Virus record (IMG/VR): IMGVR_UViG_2974587864_000001
Strand: one strand, 5' to 3'
Source: a virus
Lineage: Duplodnaviria > Heunggongvirae > Uroviricota > Caudoviricetes > Straboviridae
Length of the DNA: 64,000 nt
Of this stretch, positions 23,303 to 31,721 are shown piece by piece. Both the position numbers and the translations under genes were made by a program. Positions within the stretch are counted from its first letter, which is position 1; each line of letters starts with the position of its first letter. Below the pieces are notes generated by a model, which was given only the letters and a program-made list of their open reading frames with translations, was not told the DNA's origin and made no database searches.

Positions 23303-24877
23303 ATGTCTAAGAAAAACGAATTGATGGAAAAATGGAACGATCTTCTGGAATCTCAGGAAGGTTTACCGGATATCGCTACCAAATCCAAAAAACAACTGGT
23401 TGCAGCAATTCTGGAAACTCAGGAAAAGGATGCTGATACTGATCCAGTATATCGCGACGAAAAAATCATTGAATCCTTCGGCGGTTTCCTGGCGGAAGCA
23501 GAGATCGCGGGTGACCACGGTTACGACGCAACCAACATTGCCTCTGGTAAATCCAGCGGTGCAATCACCAACATCGGCCCTGCTGTAATCGGTATGGTTC
23601 GCCGTGCGATTCCTAACCTGATCGCATTCGACATTTGCGGTGTTCAGCCTATGACTGGCCCTACTGGTCAGGTGTTCGCACTACGTGCTGTATACGGTAA
23701 AGATCCTCTGGCTGGCGGTACTCCTGCAAACGTTCGTGAAGCATTCCATCCGATGTTCGCTCCAGACACCATGTATTCTGGTGAAGGTGCAAACACCGCG
23801 TTTGCTGCTATCGCAACTGGTGTTGCTATCGCTTCCGGCGCTATCGTTAAGCACGTATTCCAGGAAACTGGTGTCGCGTACTTCCAGAACGTAACCTCCG
23901 GCAACGTAACCGTAACTGGTGCTGATGCTGCTGCTCTGGATGCTGCTGTAATCGCAGAAAACGAGAAAGGCACTCTGGCTGAAATTTCCGAAGGTATGGC
24001 TACCAGCGTAGCAGAACTCCAGGAAAACTTCAACGGTTCCAGCGCTAACCCGTGGAACGAAATGGCTTTCCGTATCGACAAACAGGTTATCGAAGCTCGT
24101 AGCCGTCAACTGAAAGCACAGTATTCCGTTGAACTGGCACAGGATCTTCGTGCTGTACACGGTATGGACGCTGACGCCGAACTGTCTGCAATCCTGGCAA
24201 CTGAAATCATGCTGGAAATCAACCGCGAAATCGTTGACCTGATCAACTACACCGCGCAGATTGGTAAAACTGGTTTCACCCAGACCGTAGGCTCTAAAGC
24301 TGGTGCGTTTGACTTCCAAGATCCAGTAGATATTCGCGGCGCTCGTTGGGCTGGTGAAAGCTATAAAGCTCTGCTGATTCAGATCGACAAAGAAGCGAAC
24401 GAAATCGCGCGTCAAACTGGTCGTGGTGCTGGTAACTTCATCATCGCTTCTCGTAACGTGGTTTCCGCTCTGGCTCGTATCGACAGCGGCATCACTCCGG
24501 CAGGTCAGGGTCTCCAGAAAACTCTGAACGTAGACACCACTAAAGCGGTATTCGCTGGTGTACTGGGTGGCACTTACAAAGTGTACATCGACCAGTACGC
24601 TCGCCAGGATTACTTCACCGTGGGCTACAAGGGTGATAACGAAATGGATGCTGGTATCTACTACGCTCCATACGTTGCGCTGACTCCGCTGCGTGGTTCT
24701 GATCCTAAGAACTTCCAGCCAGTAATGGGCTTCAAAACTCGTTACGGTATCGGCATCAACCCGTTTGCGAACTCTCGCTCTCAGGCTCCGGCAGATCGTA
24801 TCACCTCTGGTATGATCAGCAAAGAAATGTGCGGTAAAAACGCATACTTCCGCCGCGTGTGGGTTAAGGGACTTTGA
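23303..24877 (+). CDS. 23: Major capsid protein gp23
   Basis: MVRRAIPNLIAFDICGVQPMTGPTGQVFALR and KSRQLKA-type ARSRQLKAQYSVELAQDL motifs. Confidence 0.98.
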   Translation: MSKKNELMEKWNDLLESQEGLPDIATKSKKQLVAAILETQEKDADTDPVYRDEKIIESFGGFLAEAEIAGDHGYDATNIASGKSSGAITNIGPAVIGMVRRAIPNLIAFDICGVQPMTGPTGQVFALRAVYGKDPLAGGTPANVREAFHPMFAPDTMYSGEGANTAFAAIATGVAIASGAIVKHVFQETGVAYFQNVTSGNVTVTGADAAALDAAVIAENEKGTLAEISEGMATSVAELQENFNGSSANPWNEMAFRIDKQVIEARSRQLKAQYSVELAQDLRAVHGMDADAELSAILATEIMLEINREIVDLINYTAQIGKTGFTQTVGSKAGAFDFQDPVDIRGARWAGESYKALLIQIDKEANEIARQTGRGAGNFIIASRNVVSALARIDSGITPAGQGLQKTLNVDTTKAVFAGVLGGTYKVYIDQYARQDYFTVGYKGDNEMDAGIYYAPYVALTPLRGSDPKNFQPVMGFKTRYGIGINPFANSRSQAPADRITSGMISKEMCGKNAYFRRVWVKGL

Positions 24878-24907
24878 TCCTAAGTTGTTGAAAAACAACG
24901 ACTTTTT

Positions 24908-24946
24908 AAAGGGAACCTTCGGGTTCCCTTTTTGTTTATATAAATA
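24908..24946 (+). terminator. UUCG terminator after gp23 followed by late promoter TATAAATA
   Basis: AAAGGGAACC-TTCG-GGTTCCCTTTTT 24908-24933; TATAAATA 24939-24946. Confidence 0.85.
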
Positions 24947-24969
24947 GTGAAAACATTTGAGGCTATATT

Positions 24970-25608
24970 ATGAAACATATCATTTATAAAATAACAAACA
25001 CCATCAATAACAAAATATATGTTGGTGCTCACTCAACCGAAGATATCAACGATTCATACATGGGTTCCGGTATTGCAATCAAAAAAGCGCAAAAGAAATA
25101 TGGTATGGAACATTTCACAAAAGAAATACTTCATGTATTTGACACCCGTGAAGAAATGTATGAGAAGGAAAGGGAAATAGTTGATATTGAATTCATAAAT
25201 CGACCAGATACATATAATGCTGGTATTGGTGGTAAAGGTGCTCCAATGGCATTGATTGGATGGAGTGATGAACAACGCAAGCTGATTTCTGAAAATACTT
25301 CGAAAGCTATGCAAGCTCCAGAAATGCGCGAACGCCTTTCAAAAATCAAAACAGGAAAGAAGCAATCGGAAGAATCCAACAGGAAGCGTTCAGAGACTAT
25401 CAAAGCTATGTATAAGGGTTCTACATTCGATAGAACCGGATCTAAGATCACAGACGCACACAAGGCCAAAATAAGCCGTTCTGTATCGATAGATGGAGTT
25501 GTTTACGCAAGCGGTTCCGATGCTGCTAAAGCGTTGGGACTTTCTCGATCTGGCCTTGATTACCGTTTAAAGAGTGACAAATTTCCTGAATGGAAATTCG
25601 TTGCATAA
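24970..25608 (+). mobile_element. Seg-like GIY-YIG homing endonuclease (SegD position)
   Basis: IIYKITN...IYVGAH...YMGSG...YN GIY-YIG core, NUMOD3-like repeats, C-terminal HTH-like tail; T4 segD also lies between 23 and 24. Confidence 0.85.
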
Positions 25609-25611
25609 ATA
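25604..25611 (+). promoter_or_regulatory. Late-type promoter CATAAATA for gp24, overlapping the endonuclease stop codon
   Basis: CATAAATA contains the TAA at 25606-25608. Confidence 0.6.
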
Positions 25612-25646
25612 AACAATATACTCCCTATAATTCAGGAACCAAAGAA

Positions 25647-26945
25647 ATGAGTGATAAACACTACACAATTCACAAGTTGATGCGTCAGTCTGCGCTTCCG
25701 TCTGGTAAACGAGAAAAAGTTATCAACGAAGCAACAGGCACGACCGACATCAACGTACAGAACACGCGCCCAGAACTGGTTTCTTTGACTCGCGCGGTTA
25801 ACAACCTGATCTATCATGAACTGGTTGCTGTACAAGAAACAGAACTCCCTGTTGCAACACTGTTCGGTGTTCGCTATCGCAACCCTAACGGTGATATGAC
25901 TTTCTCCAGTGCTGCAACCTATTCAGGCCGAATCTCTGGACGTACAGACATCGACGAAATCGATCTGACTAAAGCCTACGTTAAAGGTGATTTGTTCAAG
26001 CATGACGGCACTGACGTTGTTTATGAGGTGATTGCACCTATTACCCTGAACACTCTGGATACTGACAAAGACACCGCGATCATGAAAGCTGTGTTCCAAA
26101 GCAAGATTCGCCTGGTTAGCGAAGCCGCTGACACTTCGAAATACGAAACCAGTGAAGATATCGCGTCAACCTCCTTCCAGATGGATCGCTGGAATATTCC
26201 GGTACGCTCGCGTAAGTTTAAAACCGAAATGACGGTTGAACTGATGCAGGATTTGGAAGCTAACCAGTTCGAAGCTGATGGGGTGATCGAAGACATCCTG
26301 GGAACCGTGGCAAGTGAAGAAGTCAACAAAGACATTATTCAAACACTGATCACCGTTTCCAAACGTTACAACGTCGATGGACTCGTTACGGATGGTATTT
26401 TTGACGGTACTACCGCATACACCGCGAAGGATGCTCCAGCATTGGGTCGTATCCTGTACCAATTAGCGTGTGAAATGGGGCAGGAAATGAATAGAACGAC
26501 TTCATTTGATGCTACCTATGTCCTCGCAACAGCGCGTGTTGTAGGCATTCTGGCTGCGTCTGGTTGGATGCACGAAACCGACGAACAACACCCACTGGCA
26601 ACAGGTAAGCTGAACAACGGTTATTATGTCTATACAGACACAAACAGCCCGTTCGATTATATGCTGACTGGCTGCAAATATGATCTGGGTGATATGGATC
26701 ACGTAGGCTCTCTGTTCTTCGCTCCGTATACCGAAGCTGATGAAGCAGGTTCAATCAAAGTATCCGTAGATCCGGCATCCCTGCAACCGAAAGTTGCTAT
26801 TCTGATGCGTTACGGTCTTTCCGTGAACCCATACACAGCAGAAAGCGAATCCGATCACCTGATCAAAGGTGATGATTGGTCTGCTCTTGCAGGTAAATCT
26901 AAGCTGAGTCAGATCGTAGGTATTAAGTTACCTAAACTGGGTTAA
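25647..26945 (+). CDS. 24: Capsid vertex protein gp24
   Basis: RPELVSLTRAVNNLIY, RSRKFKTEMTVELMQDLEAN and RYGLSVNPY motifs; start set at ATG 25647 (SD AGGA). Confidence 0.92.
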   Translation: MSDKHYTIHKLMRQSALPSGKREKVINEATGTTDINVQNTRPELVSLTRAVNNLIYHELVAVQETELPVATLFGVRYRNPNGDMTFSSAATYSGRISGRTDIDEIDLTKAYVKGDLFKHDGTDVVYEVIAPITLNTLDTDKDTAIMKAVFQSKIRLVSEAADTSKYETSEDIASTSFQMDRWNIPVRSRKFKTEMTVELMQDLEANQFEADGVIEDILGTVASEEVNKDIIQTLITVSKRYNVDGLVTDGIFDGTTAYTAKDAPALGRILYQLACEMGQEMNRTTSFDATYVLATARVVGILAASGWMHETDEQHPLATGKLNNGYYVYTDTNSPFDYMLTGCKYDLGDMDHVGSLFFAPYTEADEAGSIKVSVDPASLQPKVAILMRYGLSVNPYTAESESDHLIKGDDWSALAGKSKLSQIVGIKLPKLG

Positions 26946-26967
26946 CAAGTTTTGTTTTGAGAAGACC

Positions 26968-26996
26968 ATTATAGTAATAAAGATCTATAAGGTCAA
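26968..26996 (-). promoter_or_regulatory. Leftward sigma70-type promoter, antisense to gp24
   Basis: Minus strand TTGACC (26996-26991), 17 nt, TATAAT (26973-26968). Confidence 0.65.
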
Positions 26997-27159
26997 ACGA
27001 GCGAAGCGAGTTTTCACGAACGAAGTGAGTGATGGGTAAGTACGATGTACTGTTTATAATATTTATATTTTATATATAGAGAAAACAGTACATTTCCGTA
27101 TACTTTTTAACCAACATTCACTCACTACGTTCGTTCATGTACTCGCTTCGCTCGTAGAT

Positions 27160-27187
27160 TTGACTTCTTGATCTAACTGGTTATAAT
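27160..27187 (+). promoter_or_regulatory. Rightward sigma70-type promoter for uvsY
   Basis: TTGACT 27160-27165, 16 nt, TATAAT 27182-27187. Confidence 0.7.
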
Positions 27188-27210
27188 GTTACTTTGTTTT
27201 GAGGTGATAC

Positions 27211-27633
27211 ATGGCTGAACTAAAACTTGAAGATCTACAGGCTGAACTTGAAGAGGATATGCGTATTGATCCGTTGAAGTTACAAAGCGAATCAGCAGAC
27301 ATTCCGAAGATTTGGTCAAAATGGCTTCGATACCATTCGAATGCTAAGAAAAAACTTATTCAACTCCATGCGAAGAAAGAAGCGATTGTAAAAGATCGGT
27401 TACTGTTCTACACTGGTAGACACGAAAGCGAAATGACCGATGTCATTTACACTGGTTCGGGTGAAATCAAAATTGCTATCTCCGGTGATCCTAAGACCGT
27501 TGAAGTTAACAAGCTGATCCAATACTTCGAACTGATTGCAGAGTTTACCGGAAAAGCGCTGGATATCGTTAAGAACAAAGGCTACTCCATCAAAAACATG
27601 TTGGAGATCCGTAAACTTGAGAGTGGTGCATAA
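27211..27633 (+). CDS. uvsY: Recombination mediator UvsY
   Basis: LQAELEEDMRID, WSKWLRYHS, DRLLFYTG and KGYSIKNMLEIRKLESGA motifs. Confidence 0.92.
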   Translation: MAELKLEDLQAELEEDMRIDPLKLQSESADIPKIWSKWLRYHSNAKKKLIQLHAKKEAIVKDRLLFYTGRHESEMTDVIYTGSGEIKIAISGDPKTVEVNKLIQYFELIAEFTGKALDIVKNKGYSIKNMLEIRKLESGA

Positions 27634-27634
27634 A

Positions 27635-27817
27635 ATGGCAGAAGAATTTGATTGCAAATGCGTTGTGTGCAAACAACCGATGAACTCCCGTAATACGGCG
27701 TTTGTCAATGAAGCTGGCCCGATCTGCGGTGTCGTATGTTTGCAATATCTCAACGAAAGGAATGATCGCGGTATCAATGAAGCCGACGATCTGAACGAAG
27801 TTCAAATGTTGCTGTAG
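27635..27817 (+). CDS. uvsY.-2: UvsY.-2-like small Zn-finger protein
   Basis: 60 aa from ATG 27635; CVVCKQP...GPICGVVC...LNEVQMLL resembles T4 uvsY.-2; synteny. Confidence 0.75.
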   Translation: MAEEFDCKCVVCKQPMNSRNTAFVNEAGPICGVVCLQYLNERNDRGINEADDLNEVQMLL

Positions 27818-27825
27818 GTGTGAAT

Positions 27826-27963
27826 ATGAAAGACTATTCAAAAATCGACTTTAACGAAGTATTTCGTTTGCTGGGATTGATGGAAGAATGTGTGACCTGG
27901 GTTCATGCACTTCGAATTTCGTTTGAAAGCGGTTGTATCGAAGACGAACGCCCAGATTTATAG
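27826..27963 (+). CDS. 45-aa hypothetical protein (not in the ORF track)
   Basis: Manual translation MKDYSKIDFNEVFRLLGLMEECVTWVHALRISFESGCIEDERPDL*; SD AGGTG. Confidence 0.55.
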   Translation: MKDYSKIDFNEVFRLLGLMEECVTWVHALRISFESGCIEDERPDL

Positions 27964-28159
27964 CAGTAAATAGATGTGTACCCCTTGTGGGACTTGGGCT
28001 TACCGTGTGGCGTACCCATTTGCGCCGTCCGATAGAATTTACTTTCGGTGGGGTGATTGGTAAGATACCTTCGAGTAAAGGCCAGTTAATTGTAATTCAG
28101 AATAGTACAGCACTGAAATAAAATAAATGTACGTGTCGGAACAAACGGTTTCCGAAATT

Positions 28160-28195
28160 AAAAAGCCCCTTCCTTTCGGTTGGGGCTTTCTTTTT
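28160..28195. terminator. Bidirectional terminator between convergent uvsY and uvsW units
   Basis: AAAGCCCC...GGGGCTTT with A and T tracts on either side. Confidence 0.7.
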
Positions 28196-28424
28196 AAAAC
28201 TTCTCTTCTTCTCCGGTTTCAAGTTCGGCTTTCAGTTCTTCTCGCCGTCCCTTGATCGCGTCACGCATTGAAATGTCATCGGATGCTGCAACCTCGACTT
28301 CTTTCACGCGGGTGTTGTAATACTTTTCAAGTTCTTTCAAACCTTCTAGTGTCCGGCACGAAGCAACCTTATTCATGAAATCATCAATCGCTGCTTCGTT
28401 TACGAATGTAGTAAAACTTTTCAT
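28194..28424 (-). CDS. uvsW.1: UvsW.1
   Basis: EAAIDDFMNKVASCRTLEGLKELEKYY...DDISMRDA matches T4 UvsW.1. Confidence 0.88.
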   Translation of the reverse strand: MKSFTTFVNEAAIDDFMNKVASCRTLEGLKELEKYYNTRVKEVEVAASDDISMRDAIKGRREELKAELETGEEEKF

Positions 28425-28433
28425 TTTGGCCTC

Positions 28434-29933
28434 TTAAATTTCTACCTGTTTGATCGCGTAGTCGAATCGTTCTTCATTGTAGATCCGCACACGTTCCATA
28501 GCATGTTTCATACCGTAGTTTGTCGCACTGTATTTATTTTTGGCTGTCTTAGACTTTGACAGCGTAGCCAGGTTATCAACGATATCCCATACAGTAGCGA
28601 GCGCTTTCGATCCGTGCTTACGAAGTACACGACCGATAGACTGTTTCACCACAACAGCAGATTTGCAAGGGTGCGCAAAAATGATGTGGTGTAGGTTCTT
28701 GATTGAGATACCCGTACTCAGTACCCCGATCGAACCGATGACGATTAAACCTTTCGTCGATTCCGCGATTTTCTTCATTTCGTTACGATCGTCAATGTCT
28801 GTATCACCATTGACCAACACCACGTTATCGTAAACCTTGCTCAACTGCTCGTACAGCCATTTTCCGTGCTCTTTGTACCGGAACATCACAAAGGCGTTTT
28901 CGTTCTTCTCACGGGCTAATTTGAGCGCTAATTTTAGAATCCACGCGTTGCGCCGTGTGTGGCTGGTTACGTACTTGATTTCCGTCTGGTAGTCCGCACC
29001 CTTCAATTTTTTGACCTCTTCTTCTTTGTATCGAAGGAAGATCGTGTTAATTTTCAGGTTGGTGACTTGTCCATCATCCATCAAACGACGCGTATCAACT
29101 GGTTTAAAGACTTTGCCGAACGCACCGATGTATTGCATCATGTTCGTTTTCCCTTCTTTCAGGGAACCGGATAAACCCAGTTTGAAGATACATTGATCCA
29201 TCGTGTCGATAATCTTTTTGATGCTCATGCCTGTTGAGAGGTGGCATTCATCAACCATCAAACACATGAACTGTTGGAACCATTCGGCAGGCATTTTAAC
29301 CGCTGATTGCCAGGTAGAAACGTAAATCAGTGCATTACTGTTTTTCGCTGTACCGGAACGGATACCCAGCATTGCCGATTTCGGGAACAAACGATAGTTT
29401 GCGATGTCCTCGATCATTTGGTCAACAAGTGCGGTAGTCGGAACGATGATCAACACTTTCCCGCTGTAATGTTCCAGACACCAACGAGAGATAAGCCCCT
29501 GAATCAGAGATTTACCTGCTGATGTTGGCAGGTTCAGAACACCGCGACGGTTTTTGATACCGTGGAACACTGATTCGCGTTGATACCAGTACGGGTCGAT
29601 CTGTTTGTCGCCGTCATAAACCGGATGTTCGCTAACCCACTTATCAAAATCTTCTTGCGTGATATCCTCAGTTTCGTGGATCTTTGGATCAACCCAGATT
29701 GAATACCCGCGTGATTCTGCGAATTTGGATACCAGATAGGCTAACCCATACGGGAGTTTCCCGTTGTAGTCCATCAAGTAAATGTAACCGTTCCATCCAC
29801 CATATTTGTATTTGGCCTGATACTGATAGCCTGGGGGCTGGAAGCTGAAATAGTCACGCAGTTCATAGACAATGTTTGGTTCTGCCTGAATCTGTACGTG
29901 GCTTGTGTTTAAAAATTTGACTTCAATATCCAC
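28434..29933 (-). CDS. uvsW: UvsW DNA helicase
   Basis: LPTSAGKS Walker A, DECH, LSGS motif, QSIGRVLR motif VI; GTG start. Confidence 0.95.
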   Translation of the reverse strand: MDIEVKFLNTSHVQIQAEPNIVYELRDYFSFQPPGYQYQAKYKYGGWNGYIYLMDYNGKLPYGLAYLVSKFAESRGYSIWVDPKIHETEDITQEDFDKWVSEHPVYDGDKQIDPYWYQRESVFHGIKNRRGVLNLPTSAGKSLIQGLISRWCLEHYSGKVLIIVPTTALVDQMIEDIANYRLFPKSAMLGIRSGTAKNSNALIYVSTWQSAVKMPAEWFQQFMCLMVDECHLSTGMSIKKIIDTMDQCIFKLGLSGSLKEGKTNMMQYIGAFGKVFKPVDTRRLMDDGQVTNLKINTIFLRYKEEEVKKLKGADYQTEIKYVTSHTRRNAWILKLALKLAREKNENAFVMFRYKEHGKWLYEQLSKVYDNVVLVNGDTDIDDRNEMKKIAESTKGLIVIGSIGVLSTGISIKNLHHIIFAHPCKSAVVVKQSIGRVLRKHGSKALATVWDIVDNLATLSKSKTAKNKYSATNYGMKHAMERVRIYNEERFDYAIKQVEI

Positions 29934-29963
29934 TATGATTACCCTATGTACAAAGTATATACG

Positions 29964-29980
29964 TATTTATGTCATAAATA
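29964..29980. promoter_or_regulatory. Back-to-back late promoters (TATTTATG-T-CATAAATA) for uvsW and inh
   Basis: Perfect 8-1-8 inverted repeat giving CATAAATA on both strands. Confidence 0.7.
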
Positions 29981-30004
29981 TTGGATAAACACTTGGAGAT
30001 ACCA

Positions 30005-30664
30005 ATGAACATTGATTACGAAAAAGTTGATGGGTTCCGTACCCTCGACGCAAAAGAACAGAAAGGCGCTTTAGCCGATTACGCTATGACTGTGTTTGCG
30101 GTTAAGCTGAACAAACAAAAATCCTTCGATAACATGCTGGCGGATCTGGTTGCTGCTTTACCGGAAGATGAAGAAAAGCCGGAACTGCTGATCGATTCAC
30201 CAGAACCGGAAATCGTCGCATATAAAGGTGAGGTGACTATGGGTGAACCTGTCATCGAAGCCCCGAACGTTCCCGATGTGGTTATTGATGCTTCTGCGGA
30301 TTTTATGGAGTACGTTAAAGAGGTCGCGCCGGAAGTAGCCGATCAAATCCAATTAGTACCTGATGTCGTAGAAGCTCCTGTAAGCGCTTCTGACGAGTCC
30401 AAAGGCGAACTGGTATGGTTGGAAGGGTTTAGCCCGACAATCTTCATGATGGGGCGCTCTGCGAGTTCTAACGGGTATTATACCTGTCCGTGGTGGATCT
30501 ATGACTGGATTAAACAAACCCCAGACTGGTACAAAGATCCTGATAGCTGTCCACATGCAAGCGCAATCGACACAATCAAATCACTTGCGTTCTATATCGT
30601 GCGCGATGGCGAAGTTCGTGTTCGCGAAACCAGAAATAGCCGATTCGAAACATTTAAGTTTTAG
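30005..30664 (+). CDS. inh: Inhibitor of prohead protease Inh
   Basis: KLNKQKSFDNML and C-terminal WWIYDWI...VRETRNSRF; start ATG 30005 (SD GGAG). Confidence 0.85.
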   Translation: MNIDYEKVDGFRTLDAKEQKGALADYAMTVFAVKLNKQKSFDNMLADLVAALPEDEEKPELLIDSPEPEIVAYKGEVTMGEPVIEAPNVPDVVIDASADFMEYVKEVAPEVADQIQLVPDVVEAPVSASDESKGELVWLEGFSPTIFMMGRSASSNGYYTCPWWIYDWIKQTPDWYKDPDSCPHASAIDTIKSLAFYIVRDGEVRVRETRNSRFETFKF

Positions 30665-30676
30665 CACTTTTTGCTA

Positions 30677-30714
30677 AAAAACTTGTTGACGCATACCCTC
30701 GTTTAAAGTATATT
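30677..30714 (+). promoter_or_regulatory. Early sigma70-type promoter
   Basis: AAAAACTTG-TTGACG 30686-30691, 17 nt, TATATT 30709-30714. Confidence 0.75.
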
Positions 30715-30763
30715 TGTACTCGAAGGCGGGGGAATGGCTCTCGCAGTGAAGAAGGAAAGCAAA

Positions 30764-31081
30764 ATGAAAAACGAAATGATGAAAAATGCTTACTACCCAG
30801 TTCTGTTTGTTTGGGCTGATGGTAAAGTGAAGAAAGTAGTCAATTCAAATGCTCCTTACTATACTGTTGAAGAAGCACTGCGCCACGCTTACGAAGCTGA
30901 TTATCCTGTCCCTGCTGAACCTGGTTATGCTCGTTGGAACGGTTCAAAATGGGTTGCTGATACCTGGGACAACTACGAAGAAGCAAAAATGGAATGCGAT
31001 CCTGATTATGTTTCTCGCCAAATGGAAGCGCACATGATTGCAGACCGTCGCCTGGATAACGAAGCTCGCGGTTTCTATTAA
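30764..31081 (+). CDS. Hypothetical protein
   Basis: ORF with SD AAGGA before ATG 30764; followed by a terminator. Confidence 0.65.
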   Translation: MKNEMMKNAYYPVLFVWADGKVKKVVNSNAPYYTVEEALRHAYEADYPVPAEPGYARWNGSKWVADTWDNYEEAKMECDPDYVSRQMEAHMIADRRLDNEARGFY

Positions 31082-31086
31082 AATTC

Positions 31087-31110
31087 AAAGGGGGCTACGC
31101 CCCCTTTTTT
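31087..31110 (+). terminator. Intrinsic terminator
   Basis: AAAGGGGGC-TAC-GCCCCCTTTTTT. Confidence 0.75.
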
Positions 31111-31121
31111 GTAGGTAAAAT

Positions 31122-31694
31122 ATGACTGAATTAAATCACGAATGCCTGAAAGACTTATCAGAAGGTAAAGAGATCGGAAACGTCATCTTCCTTGATATCG
31201 ACGGCGTTCTAAATAATATGCGGTGCATGAAATTTGGTGAGCATATGGACATTGAATGTGCTCGACACCTGCGCCGGATCGTAAATCATGCGAACTGTGA
31301 TATTGTCATTTCCTCTACATGGAGGATCGGCAACACAACCCATACTCTACGGGAAATCTTCTACCCGTGGGGATTGTATCGCATCATTGGGAAAACCTGT
31401 ACGAATCTAACAGACCGACAAGCAGGACGCGGTGATGAAATCAAAGCATGGATCGACACCTTCGGATGTAAGAATTACCTTATCCTTGATGACGATACCG
31501 ATATGCTACCGGAACAGAGTGAACATTTCATCAATACCGATGGGTTCGTAGGGCTGACAGAAGAACAATCCACTTACGCGATCCGTAATGTGTTCGGTGT
31601 AACAAACCCGTTCTGTCCTGAATGCAACGGCTATGGGCGCGTGAACCAATATGATAAATGTCCGTCTTGTGACGGCAAAATTTTACTTCTCTAA
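31122..31694 (+). CDS. HAD-family phosphatase (Swiss-army-knife RNA-repair HAD type) with a C-terminal CxxCxGxG Zn finger
   Basis: IFLDIDGVLN, IVISSTWR, RGDEIKAW, YLILDD, GLT; tail CPECNGYG...CPSCDG. Confidence 0.75.
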   Translation: MTELNHECLKDLSEGKEIGNVIFLDIDGVLNNMRCMKFGEHMDIECARHLRRIVNHANCDIVISSTWRIGNTTHTLREIFYPWGLYRIIGKTCTNLTDRQAGRGDEIKAWIDTFGCKNYLILDDDTDMLPEQSEHFINTDGFVGLTEEQSTYAIRNVFGVTNPFCPECNGYGRVNQYDKCPSCDGKILLL

Positions 31695-31721
31695 ATAGAG
31701 AAAAACTAAGAGGTTTTGAAA

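Larger units (their letters stand above)
26951..27203. repeat. ~220-bp imperfect palindrome with four 15-bp iterons and an A/T core, bounded by 11-bp direct repeats (candidate origin)
   Basis: ACGAGCGAAGCGAGT 26997-27011 is the exact reverse complement of 27141-27155; ACGAACGAAGTGAGT 27016-27030 pairs with 27120-27134 (1 mismatch); ATGTACTGTTT 27045-27055 pairs with 27083-27093; 26 consecutive A/T at 27053-27078; TTTGTTTTGAG at 26951-26961 and 27193-27203. Confidence 0.9.

Noticed and set aside
23681-24898. 405-aa antisense ORF over gp23
   Set aside because: Shadow of the strongly biased codon usage of the major capsid gene; no RBS or promoter and no recognisable motifs. The same applies to the many shorter opposite-strand and alternate-frame ORFs in the track.
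27128-27135. CGTTCG resembling the core of the HSV UL9 binding box
   Set aside because: A six-base match is expected by chance; only the overall architecture is used as an argument
27933-28121. 62-aa ORF in the track
   Set aside because: TTG start inside another ORF, no SD, atypical composition
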